Numbered from the stretch's first letter, positions 9,451 through 20,053 are shown. The stretch: 41,538 bases of DNA from Chrysochromulina tobinii (GCA_001275005.1 JWZX01003220.1:1-41538); one strand, 5' to 3'. Numbers and translations are program-made. Notes: generated by a model from the sequence alone, not told the origin.

Positions 9451-12400
9451 CTACCCCGTGGCCGCCATCTCAAACACGTACGGCGTCGGCTTCTTGAAGA
9501 AACGACGCACCTCCTCGGCCGATAGCATTTGATTGGGCGAGCCGCGCAAGAGCAGCGTCGCGCCGCGTGTCGTCTTCTCGACGCCAAACTGCATGATGCC
9601 CACGATGAGCAGCACGAGCATATCGACGCGCCGCCAGATCGGGTCGGCTTGCCCCTTTCTCTGCTTCCGGTGCGCCGCGTCCAGCCAAGCTTGGTAGGCA
9701 GCGGGCCCCACCTCAAGAAGAGCGCCGAAGAACTCGCCGGGGAACTCGAAGCCGTGCCGGCGCATCTCTTTATCGGTGGGCAGCGCCTTGATGAACGCAA
9801 TGCGCACAATCGCCTCGAGGAAACCTTCGAATGAGAGCTGCATCAACGTCCCCAGCTGGCTCTTGCGCGACGTCTCGTCAATCGTGGCCATCCGGCTATG
9901 CGAGAAGATGACGAAGACGGTTCGAACCGTAAGCTCCTTGGTCATGCCTATGTCGCGGATAAACGAGGACCACTCTTGTACGCCGAGCAAGTCGGTCACT
10001 CCAAACTGGTCTGCTGCCCCTGAGCCATACGCGGCGTACACATTGAACACGTTGAGCAATGAGGCCTTGTGGTGGTCGAGGACGGCGCACACCTCGCGAC
10101 GGTAGCAGTTCGAACGCCGGAAGGCGTCCGCATCGTGCAAGATACTCCCCGCATGGGGGAGCCGCCCCAGGTTGAGCATATCTTCAAACATCTCATTCAC
10201 ACAGCGCGGCATGTCCTCGATCTCCTGGTTGTCGATGGCGGCGCGCACGAGGACCTCGATCAACTCGGAGCGCGTCAACCGTGTCTTCGAGTTCCACGCC
10301 TTCTGTGACTTCGACAGCTGCGACTCATTCACCGAGATCCAAAGCAAATCCCACCCGTCCTCTCCGCGCGGCCTGGCGTGGCGTGCGGTGGGCACATAAA
10401 AGCGCTCGTTGTGATCCTCTTGGTCGTGAAAACGACGCACGAGAAACTCCTTCGAAAAAGCTTCTTCGTGCCCACTCTCTTGCATGATGAGGCCCGCCTC
10501 CTCGAGCATCAGCGAATAGCCGGCGTGCGTCAAGCCCTGCACAAATTGCGTCACCTCCGCCTCGATGCACGAGTAGAAGTCGTGGATACGCAGCAGCATC
10601 GGGTACCAGTGCTCGAGTGCGTCGCGGATCTTCGTACACGTGGTTGCGCTCATCGACTTGAGGCCAAAGGAGCGCCGCTCCATGTTGTTGACCAGCGCCT
10701 GGCCGCCCGATGTATTCATCCAATCGCTCGCGAACGCCGCCTTGAGGGCACTTGGCGTGTTCACGTAGTCCTTGGAATCGCACGCGAACTTGCCTCTCTT
10801 GCGCGGAGCCCAGCACGTAGCGTCCAGCCAGCTCAGATCGGCGTTGGGATCACTGCCGCCGACGCTCGAGGCGGCCCAGAAGTTGGGAAGCTCGCCGCCG
10901 CTGTCGATGTTCCTCATCATCTCCTCGACTGCGGGATCCAACATCTCACCCAAATCTTCATCTTCGCCTCGACCGCCGCCTCCGCCGCTGCCGCCGCCGC
11001 CTCCGACCCCGCCGCCTCCAGATGCCTTGTCCATACCGCCGGCTCTGCCACCATCTTCTTCCAGCCCTCTACCTCCGCCGCCTCCGCCACCACACCCGCC
11101 GCTTCCGAGTCCACTGCCGCTCTTGCCGCCGGTTCCTTCGCCGCCCTTGCCACCGCCTAGCCCACCTCCCTCGCCTCCGCCACCCTTGCCACCGCCACCA
11201 TCACCTCCACACCCCACGCCGCCGCCTCCACCGCCTCCCCCACTTGTACCACCGCCGCCTTCGCCACCGCCACCGATCCTGCGGCCGCCCTTGTCACCAC
11301 CGCCCCCGGCACCGCCTCCTCCGTCGCCCCCACCACCATCACCTCCTCCTCCTCCGCGAGTGCCGCCGCCACCGCCACGCTTGCCAGCACTCGCGAAGGC
11401 ACCGGAGAGCAAATTGAAGTCAACATCGTCTTCATCCTCGTCCTCCTCGTCATTGCTGGCTACAGCCGCACTGAACTCTGAGACGCTGAATCGTAATTGC
11501 GCAGTCGCGGGGGGGGCGCCATCGGCGCTCCCGCTCCTTTCTCCGTCGCCACCCTGACGCCGGATTCGGTTGGCGTCGCGGCTGGATGCCACCCCCGAGA
11601 GCTTCCCACGCATGGCCTCATGCTCCGCCTCACTGGCGGCCGCGGCGGCCGAGGCGGCAGCAGCGTTGCGATCGAGGGCGCGGGTCTCCCGCGCATATGC
11701 GCGCCAGCTCTGGTCGTCATCGCGCGACTCATTCGAGTGGAAAGCACCAAGCGCCACATGCGAGTCGGGCAGGAGGCAGTGTAATCGACTCGCTTCATTG
11801 CGCCCATCATGGTGCCTCGGACTGTGCCGGCGCACTGTGGGCAGCGCATGCATGCCTTCGGAGAACTCGAGCCCAGTCCCACGCGTCAGCTCGCCCTCGT
11901 CGTTGCGCAGCTTGAAGCTTGCCGCCGGCCGGCCTCCCGCAAACGATGCCCGCGCCGAGCTCGCCATCACATCGGGGCGGATGCCCCACACCCCGTCCGG
12001 ATGTGCGCGCGCGGAGGCCTTGAGCGTGCCGTTCATGAAGTAGCGCGAGCGCGAGAGCTCCTGCAGTTGCACCTGAAAGTTGAGGACTGAGACGTCCGAC
12101 TCTGCATCCTGCTGTACGCTCTTGAGAGCCAGCTGGCACTTGGCACGCAGCTGATGGTGTGAGCGGTCGAAGAGACGCGATGAGTCGAAGACGGGCTGTG
12201 GATGCTCATGACCGCGCCACGTCGCGTCTGCCTTGCTCGTCAGGGGCGTCTGCGCCCACATGGGAGGGCGCGCGGGTCAATCTCGGTGGTAATCTCGGTG
12301 GTAATCTCGGTGGCAATCTCGGTGGCAATCTCGGTGGCAACCCATGGTAATCCATGCCAATCAGTGCGGCACTTACAGGCGGTCGTTTGAATTGGACTGT

Positions 12401-13246
12401 GCCAATCACGAGCTTCTTGACCTTCTGCCACTTGTGGGCCAAGGGCGAGGCATGGCTTGACGATGTGGTAGTTGCACGGTCTTCGTGTGACATCTTTCGT
12501 GCAGACAAACTCTTTTGGCGTATCTTGCTTTGGCGCTGCAGGTCCGCGGAGGGTATGTCGAGCTCGTGTGCATCTGCAAACCTGACTGGACCACCAATCG
12601 CAACCTCACCCAACCGCGGACGCGCCAACACCTTGGTCACGTGCTTGCTCTTCCGAGCAAGGATTTCCTTGAGCTCGTCCAACTCGGAGCCAGGACCCCG
12701 CACGCGGTGCAAGGCGTTGGCTTGAGTCCCCGTCAAGAAGGTGTCAATAGGTTCGGTCGCGGCTTGCTTCGCACAGCCCAGTCGAAAACCAATCCTCCGC
12801 CACTTGCAACGTGCAGCCTCGAGGGCAGCCTCTCGTGCCGCCTCGCTTTGACGCTTCACGCTAGGCAGGAAGGGCTTGAGCATTTCTGGGGATCCGTGTG
12901 TGGTCCGTGGGCTACACACGGATCCGTCGTCCAGGGATCCGCGTGTGCCTCCGAAGAAACGACCATCAAGGGGGTCCTCCCAATCAAATGAGTCTTGCTT
13001 CTTGATTTGCACCTTCCGTGGGCGTGCCGTCAGGGCTATGCGCTCCCAATCACGGTCCGGCTCGGAAGCAACGCCTGTACCCGATAGCGACGTCTTTGAG
13101 GAGCGGCGAGCTGCCGGGTTCCGTGGGGAAGGCGGATAGCGAAGGCTCGTAGAAGGTGACGATGGCGGCCAGAAGGGATCCTCACGCAGGGGTAGAGATC
13201 GTGGCACCACGCGGGACTGCACGGTCGGCTGGCCCACGGACCACAT
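9451..13246 (-). CDS. Large uncharacterised protein with a Gly-rich linker and a C-terminal EF-hand-like helical region; exons 13246-12377 and 12249-9451
   Basis: Two long ORFs joined in phase 0 by a GTAAGT..CAG intron. Repeated helical motifs LTRSELIEVLVRAA, LGVQEWSSFIRDIG and LSFEGFLEAIVRIA. Function not recognised. Confidence 0.75.
12250..12376 (-). other. GT-AG intron (127 bp) containing a 12-nt GATTRCCACCGA tandem repeat
   Basis: Consensus GTAAGT donor at 12376, CTGATT near the 5' end, five repeat copies and a GCAG acceptor at 12250. Removal gives an in-frame join. Confidence 0.88.
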
Positions 13247-13439
13247 ACGATTTTGCGTGTGGGCTGGGCTACAAGTCGTGTCGCCGGCTCGACTCGCACT
13301 CACGGGTCGCGGTTTTGAACGTTATTTTTGGTGACGACTTGTCATGCGGCGTCGTTCGAGTAACGTCTTTTTAACTTTGAAAAGGCAATGCATGCTCGTC
13401 GGAAAGGACACCCGGTGGGGGGCAATTGCTGCGTGTGCG

Positions 13440-15281
13440 TCACAACTCCTCTTTCAATCTTGCTGTCGGTGTCACCACCGCAGCGTGCTGCGGCACATCC
13501 ATGGGCAAATCATACCCCGCTGCCTCGCCTGCTCCGTGCTCGTCTCCATCGTCCTCATTCGCAGGCCGTTCAGCCTGGGGCCGTTCAGGCGCCTGTGGCT
13601 TCGGCTGTGCGTCCTCCGCCTGCACCTGAGCCTGCACCGTCGCAAAAGGCGGGGTCACTGAATGCCCGCCCTCGCCGCCAAGCGTCTCCTGCACGAGTGA
13701 GCCGAGCTGCTCCTCTGTAGCCTCGAGCTGACGCTGCAGCGCCGACTTCCTCTCGTCATCCGATGGCAGCCTGCCGCCGCCCGCACCGCCCGCGCCGTCC
13801 TCGCCACCGCCCTCGCCACCGCCCTCGCCACCGCCCTCGCCGCCCTCGCCACCGCCCCCGCCCTCGTCGTCGGAGCTGCCGGCGCGCCTAGCTGCCTCGG
13901 TCGCCTCGAGCGCGGCGAGCTGCTGGCGTAAGACCTCCACTTTTTGCTGCAACTGCCGCATCTGCTCGGTGGTACGTTGCTCCTGCTCCTTGTTTCGCAG
14001 CTCTCGCTCCTCAAACTCCGCAAGGCGAGTCTGCATGGAGTGCCACAACTCCTGCTTCTGATCAAAGTCCTCCCGCAGCTTCTTCGTCTCACTCAGCTGC
14101 AAGGCAAACTCGGCGCGCACCTCAGCGGCCTTCGTCTCAGCCACCACCTTGGCGGCGCCCACCGCGCGCTGCGCGCGCGCCTCAGCCTCCCGAAGGGCTT
14201 CCTCGAGCCTCGCTTCCCTCAGCTGCGCCTCATTCCATCGCGCCTCGGACTCGCGACGAAGCCGATCGATCTCTTCATTGTACTCGGTGCGCATGCGCTC
14301 GCGCTCCTCGCGCAGCTGGCGCTGGAAGTCATCCATGCGCATCCCGAAGCTCTCTGCGAGCGCCACCGCCATCATTGTCGCGTCTGGTGGATGGTAGTGG
14401 ACCGCCATGTGCGGAAGCGCCGCGACCGCCGACCGCAGCTCGTCGTACTTGTCGCGGCTCGTGAGCACCACGGTGCCTGTCGCATTGGGCGCGTGCGCAA
14501 AGAACTCGCGCATAATGTCCTCCCGAAAGAAGCGTCGCTGCTCATCGTCTTCGGCACGGTCGTCCTTGGTGCCGACGAGGATCACGTTGGCCCACTTCTC
14601 CTCACCTACGAAGCCCTTGTCCACGATCGTGGCGACGACCTGCGCTCCGAGCTTGACGCGCCCGTCGGAGATCGGATTGGTCACGAGCACGCCGTCGATC
14701 GGTGGCAGCAGCCGCGCCTCGAGCATTGAGATCAGCTTCGTCGGTGTCACGTCCTTATCACCGACGCCCGGCGTGTCCAGCAGCTCGACCGGGTGGCCGT
14801 TGATCGGCAGCCCTACGTATGACATGATCTGCTTGGTGACGCCGCGAGCAGAGCGACCGGCCTCGGCCTCGCCGCTGCGCGTCGGGTCGCGCAGCGCATT
14901 GATCATCGTGCTCTTGCCGTCACCCACCTCACCAACGATGAGCAGCCGTTTGAGAGGCAACGCTGGATCCTCGGGCTTCAGCGCCCCGAAATAATGCTCG
15001 AAGAATAGCTTGCCGTGTTTGTGCACGTGGTCTTTGAGGTGCGCCTTTAGCTGGCTGTGGTTCGACTCGGGGATCAGCCACGCAACCACGGGCGCCAAGA
15101 AAAGTATGGTGAGCGCCACGCGTGCCGTGCGGCTCATCCGTGCCCAAAGCCGTTGCACAGCACGGTACACGACGGCAAGCGCCGCTTGGATCACGAAGCG
15201 GCCAGTGATGATGACGACCAGGCTGATCAGCCATATGATGAGCTGTTGCGGGTGGGACGGCACGAGACCCACGAGCACCAT
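13440..15281 (-). CDS. Membrane-anchored TRAFAC GTPase (AIG1/GIMAP/Toc34-like) with a C-terminal coiled coil
   Basis: G1 GEVGDGKST, G2 GVT, G3 DTPG, G4 TKDD. Two N-terminal hydrophobic helices and a long E/R/Q-rich coiled coil. Confidence 0.85.
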   Translation of the reverse strand: MVLVGLVPSHPQQLIIWLISLVVIITGRFVIQAALAVVYRAVQRLWARMSRTARVALTILFLAPVVAWLIPESNHSQLKAHLKDHVHKHGKLFFEHYFGALKPEDPALPLKRLLIVGEVGDGKSTMINALRDPTRSGEAEAGRSARGVTKQIMSYVGLPINGHPVELLDTPGVGDKDVTPTKLISMLEARLLPPIDGVLVTNPISDGRVKLGAQVVATIVDKGFVGEEKWANVILVGTKDDRAEDDEQRRFFREDIMREFFAHAPNATGTVVLTSRDKYDELRSAVAALPHMAVHYHPPDATMMAVALAESFGMRMDDFQRQLREERERMRTEYNEEIDRLRRESEARWNEAQLREARLEEALREAEARAQRAVGAAKVVAETKAAEVRAEFALQLSETKKLREDFDQKQELWHSMQTRLAEFEERELRNKEQEQRTTEQMRQLQQKVEVLRQQLAALEATEAARRAGSSDDEGGGGGEGGEGGGEGGGEGGGEDGAGGAGGGRLPSDDERKSALQRQLEATEEQLGSLVQETLGGEGGHSVTPPFATVQAQVQAEDAQPKPQAPERPQAERPANEDDGDEHGAGEAAGYDLPMDVPQHAAVVTPTARLKEEL

Positions 15282-15403
15282 TGGGGTGGATTGATGGCGA
15301 TTTCACACCTCGAAACCCCATGACAAAACTGCACACATCCACGGAAAGGGCCACCGCAGGATGTTAGCAGATTTTTTGTGCGCGTGTGAATCTATTTTCG
15401 AAG

Positions 15404-17131
15404 ATGGAGACGGGCTTCATGTGGCCTGACCTCACACGGCATCATCACCCACAAGGCTTCGAAAACATGAAGGTCAAGGACGTTCTGGCCTGGTCCTCCG
15501 AGAAGGCCACCCACGTAGTGACCTGGTCCTCCGAGAAGGCCACCCACGTAGTGACCTGGTCCTCCCAACACGTCTCCGATGCTCTTTGCGTGAGCATCAA
15601 CGTTTCGTGCAGGAAGAAACCAGAGCTCTTTGACCAGCCGGGTGGGGTCGTCTTCTTCTGCATACTGGCGTTTTCCAATGTGTTTGCACTATTAGTTCTC
15701 ATCTCCGTAGTCGGCGGCTTTGTCACGAGGCTTTTGGATCCGGCGGCAGCATTCGCACGCACACTTCGTGACCCGCGCGCACACGCTTTCGCCAATATGC
15801 AGCGCGAGGTACTCGGCAAGACGTCCCTAACCGTGCTGGTGCCATGCTACCTGCCCAACGAGCAGCTGATCGTGAAGAGCACGATCGCACACCTGATCCA
15901 CAACCTCGAGTACAGCTTCCCGTTCCGCCTCATCGTTTGCTACAACACGCCCTACCCGATCGCCTTCGAGGACGAGCTGCGCGAGCTCGACGGGTACGTG
16001 TACGCCAACGGCCGGTCCGTGCAGATTCTCAAGGTGGAAGGCTCCTCTTCCAAGGCTGAGAATCTCAACTGCGCGCTGCTCTCCGTGGACACCGAGTATG
16101 TCGCCCTGTACGACGCCGACCACCACCCTGACGCGCACTCGCTGCTCATTGCAAGTGCGCACATGGCGGCGCGCGGCGTCGCGTGCGTGCAAGGATCGAC
16201 GTACCTTCGATCGTTGCCCAACTTCATGGCCGTCTACATCAACGCCGAGTTCTTCGTCACCCACTTTGTCTTCTTTCCTGCCATGCAGTTCCTCACGTCC
16301 TTCGGAATCTTTGGCGGCTCGAATGCGCTCTGGAGGACCGCCATCCTCAAAGCGTACCAGTTTCGTCATGACGTGCAGACTGAGGATATCGACGTGTCGA
16401 TCCGGTCCTCGCTCGATGGGCGCGTCAAGATCTCTTTTTGCCCCGAGTGTCGCTCGGGTGAGCTGCCGCCACGTACCTTCAACGACCTCTACCGACAACG
16501 GCTGCGCTGGGCTCTAGGGTGGGATCAGGTGACGCTGCAACACATGCGCAGCATTGGGAGCAGCACCGAGCTCAACTGCGCCGAAAAGGCTGGCATGTAT
16601 TACCTGCTGCCGCTCCGATGGGCTCTTCTCTTGTCCGGTGTGGCCAATGCACTCGTCGCGCCGATAGTCGCCTCCGCTTGGGCGAATGGTGTCGGCGGCG
16701 AGCTTGGTGGTCCGATTGAGACTTGCTACGCCTTCTCGTTCACCACGTACGCCACGCTTTTCGCTGTCGCGGCCATCAACGCCATCCTCCACGAGCCACG
16801 GCAGCGCTGGCCGGCAATTATCGCCTTCCAATTGACCGGCGCCGTATATATTGGCTGGAACCTCGCGCTGTACTTCATCTCGCTCATCAAGATTTGCACG
16901 GGCGCGGATAGCGAGTGGGTCGTCACCACGCGCGCGCCCGACGTTCCTTCCAGGGCGCGCACCGCTGGGCTCGCTTATTTGCACCCGAGTGATACATGCG
17001 CATCAAGCCCTCGGCCTGAGCTGAGCACGCCCATGCAGGCAGCGTTCGCGATGTCGTGTGAGAAGGAGCTCGTAGAAAAGTACAACGCGGCGCGTGGCGA
17101 AGTGTCGGACCCGCCCATCCCCATGCTTTAG
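15404..17131 (+). CDS. Processive GT2 beta-glycan synthase (cellulose-synthase-like), intronless
   Basis: LVPCYLPNE, SKAENLN, YDAD (DxD), GGSNALWR, TED and QRLRW (QxxRW). One N-terminal and several C-terminal TM helices. A 33-bp tandem duplication encodes WSSEKATHVVT. Confidence 0.9.
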   Translation: METGFMWPDLTRHHHPQGFENMKVKDVLAWSSEKATHVVTWSSEKATHVVTWSSQHVSDALCVSINVSCRKKPELFDQPGGVVFFCILAFSNVFALLVLISVVGGFVTRLLDPAAAFARTLRDPRAHAFANMQREVLGKTSLTVLVPCYLPNEQLIVKSTIAHLIHNLEYSFPFRLIVCYNTPYPIAFEDELRELDGYVYANGRSVQILKVEGSSSKAENLNCALLSVDTEYVALYDADHHPDAHSLLIASAHMAARGVACVQGSTYLRSLPNFMAVYINAEFFVTHFVFFPAMQFLTSFGIFGGSNALWRTAILKAYQFRHDVQTEDIDVSIRSSLDGRVKISFCPECRSGELPPRTFNDLYRQRLRWALGWDQVTLQHMRSIGSSTELNCAEKAGMYYLLPLRWALLLSGVANALVAPIVASAWANGVGGELGGPIETCYAFSFTTYATLFAVAAINAILHEPRQRWPAIIAFQLTGAVYIGWNLALYFISLIKICTGADSEWVVTTRAPDVPSRARTAGLAYLHPSDTCASSPRPELSTPMQAAFAMSCEKELVEKYNAARGEVSDPPIPML

Positions 17132-17379
17132 CATCGGCCTCTCGGCCTCGATCGGCACCATCGGGTCGACCGGCGTCAAGACTTTCTGAGAACGAACAAG
17201 AACGTTAGCGTTTTGGGTGATTTTCATTATCTCGTAAGAGTGACGTATTGACCGGACGGAAACGCCCCAACCGCGAACCCCGGTCACGGGTCAGTGGCAA
17301 GTAGTACACGGACTTAAATCGAACCAGAGACAGACTCTTCATCTACGAGAACTTAGTTTTCTCGCGTGCCCCAAAGAAC

Positions 17380-19947
17380 TTATTGGACGAATTTCTCGGC
17401 ATAGTAGAGCGCTGCTGTGGCCTCCGGTGCGCTCATGGCGAAGCGGGCGCGAACACGTGCGCTGGGATAGATGCCTTGAGGATACAGCAGCTTCAACCGT
17501 ACTTTGGGCACTCCGGGCGTTGGGGACCCCTTCGGCTGTCCGGGTGCGCCGCGCGCACCCCCCTTGGCTGCCTGCGGACTCGCGAGCGCATTCTCAGCCG
17601 CGGGCGGTTCGCAGAGCCCTACCAACTGCTGCCAGGGCGGCGGCGTTGGCTCCTGGGGCGACGGCGTTTGCGGGAACTGACACTGCTGCGATGGCGGCTG
17701 CCACTGTTGCTGCCATTGCTGCGGCTGCGGTTGCGGCTGCGGCTGCGGCTGCTGCTGCTGCCACTGCTGCTGCTGCTGCTGCTGCTGCACCCGCAGGCGC
17801 TCCTTTTGTAGTGCCTGCTTGGCTGCGGCCTTCAACTGCTGCTGCTGCTGCTGCTGCTGCTGGCGCTGCTGCTGGCGTTCGGCTGCTTGGCGAGAAAGCT
17901 CCGCGGCCTTCAACTGCTGCGGCTGCTGCTGGAGCTGGAGCTGCTGCTGCTGCCACTGCTGCTGCTGCTGCTGCTGGAGCTGCTGCTGCTGCTGGAGCTG
18001 CTGCTGCTGCTGGAGCTGCTGCTGCTGGAGCTGCTGCTGCTGGAGCTGCTGCTGCTGCCACTGCTGCTGCTGCTGCTGCTGCTGGAGCTGCTGCTGCTGC
18101 TGCCACTGCTGCTGCTGCTGCCACTGCTGCTGCTGCTGCCACTGCTGCTGCTGCGACTGCTGCTGCTGGTGCTGGTGCTCCGCCGCCCTCTGACGTAGCA
18201 GTGCCTCCTTCTCGAGCACAGCGCGCTGCTTCTGCTCGAGCAGCACCCGCTGGCGATACTCTTGTAGAGCCTGCTTGGCTGCGGCCTTCTCTCGACGCTC
18301 CACCTCCTTCTCGACGCCCTTGAAGAGCCGGCCGAGCACGGCGCGCACCTCGAGCTCGATGCGGCGCTCTTCCGCAAGCCGCAGCTTCTCGGCCGCCTGC
18401 CAGTGACGAAACTCGAGTTGCGCGCGTCTCGCCGCCTCGGCCGCGCTTCGCTGCGCCTCGAGAGCCCGCATGCGCTCCACCGCGAGCGCCCGCGCGAGCT
18501 CCTGCTCGTGTGCCAGCTCGACTCGGCGGACCAGCTGGTCGAGGGTGCGACTCACCTGATGAGGGATGCAATCAGACGCAATCAGACGCAATCAGACGCA
18601 ATCAGACGCAATCAGACGCAATCAGACGCAATCAAGGGTACGACTCACCTCAAGGGTGCGAAGCGCCTCCTCGGACAGCGGCGGCAGCTTGGGCTTCGGC
18701 GGCAGGTTGAGGTTGAAACCGGCCCCGGGAAACGGCGTGGGTACGTGCACGACGATCTGCAGCTTCATGCCCGGGTAGGCGTTCGGAGGCAAGGTGATCT
18801 CAAACCGTCGCGGGGAGGGTGTGCCCGGCTCGAGTACAGCGATCCGTTGGCCGGGCACCATACCCGGCGTCACGGTGACGATCAGCTGCTTCGTCTGCAT
18901 GCTTGGGAGTTGGATGGGCTCCACGAGACGCTTGATGAGGGATTCCACCACAGCACGCACTTCGCGATCCACGCGCTTGTCGCATCTATCGAGGCGCGTC
19001 CGCAGCGCTGAGCGTTGGAAAGGCGTTCGGCCGCCGTCTACGCCGGCGGCGCCGGCAGCACGGGCAGCACCGGTGATGCACGCACCATCCGACGCAGATG
19101 GATCTCCGGATCTCGACGGATCTCCCAGGCCGAGCCGTACGAGCGCCGCGTCGAGCGCCACCGCAGCTGGCGCTGCGCCGTGCGACGACTCGTCGGCGGG
19201 CCCGAGGCCGTCCGTGAGAGTCATGGCACAACGCTTACAAAGCGAGCGCGATTCCGCCAGTGTCGACAACGTTGGCCTTCGGAACTGGCGATCGGCGTCG
19301 AACGGTAGCGCGTCGCCGCAGAAACAGCAGATCACTTCCGCCTTGCGGCGGCTCCCACTGCGCCGGGGTTGCGACGACACCGCAGACGAGATCAGCCCCT
19401 CTGTGTGGCAAGTCAGCGCAGCTGCGGAGGCGCTGCTTCCTCCAGCCGTAGCTGTCCGAGGCAGGCGCGCGGGCTCCTCCGCGCGCTCGTCGCCGCCTTC
19501 CTGGGTGGTACGGCGTCGCTTTGGCGCAGGTTCCACCTCGTCCATCTCGGGTGGTCGCGCAACCAGCTCTGCCAACGTTTCCTTCGTGTGGTGGCGGGTG
19601 GTGCCAGGCGCACGATGGAACCAGGCCTCACCTTCGTCGCTGTCGTTGCCGCCATCATAACAGTCATGATTGTTGACGTCCTTGGCGGAGTGTTTGTAGC
19701 CGGGCTGACGGCTCTTCCACTCGTCGCGCGCTTGCTCCTGTTCGCGGTTTATCTGGCGCTTGAGAGCTTGCTGTGCATCCGGCCGGCGCCACTCCTCCTT
19801 AGCGAGCGCGAATGCCTGCGAGGATGTTAGTGACGAGTCGGCCTGGGAAAGTGCCGAGCGTCGCTCCTGCACGAAGCGATTGTATGCCGAGAGCGGGATC
19901 GAGTCGTTCGAGCTCGAGTTTGCGGCCGTTTTGTACGAAAGTGGCAT
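17380..19947 (-). CDS. Putative nuclear protein: HMG-box-like domain, Cys4 cluster, coiled coil and long poly-Q/W tract; exons 19947-18649 and 18555-17380
   Basis: PLSAYNRFVQERR..AFALAKEEWRR is HMG-box-like. NLS PKRRR, CCFC..CKRC and a paired VTPGMVPGQRI/LPPNAYPGMKL motif. A 93-bp intron joins the ORFs in phase 0. Confidence 0.75.
18556..18648 (-). other. GT-AG intron (93 bp), TGATTGCGTC/CCCTCATCAG family
   Basis: GAG|GTGAGT donor, six TGATTGCGTC units with an in-frame stop, ends ATCCCTCATCAG. The 5' end duplicates the downstream exon start. Confidence 0.9.
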
Positions 19948-20053
19948 CGCCACACTTTTGTTGTGGGGCTGTGCCAAGGGGCGTGGCTGTATGCGCTCCG
20001 GATGAGCAAAACTTGACGCAAACTTGGCAGGCAGTTACGTCATCTGGGGCAAG

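Noticed and set aside
10772..11557. Extensin-like Pro-rich ORF on the plus strand
   Set aside because: It is the antisense shadow of the Gly-rich linker of the minus-strand gene and has no ATG start or signal peptide.
17383..18571. Poly-Cys, poly-Leu, poly-Ala and poly-Ser ORFs
   Set aside because: These are alternative-frame or antisense readings of the CAG repeat in the poly-Q exon.
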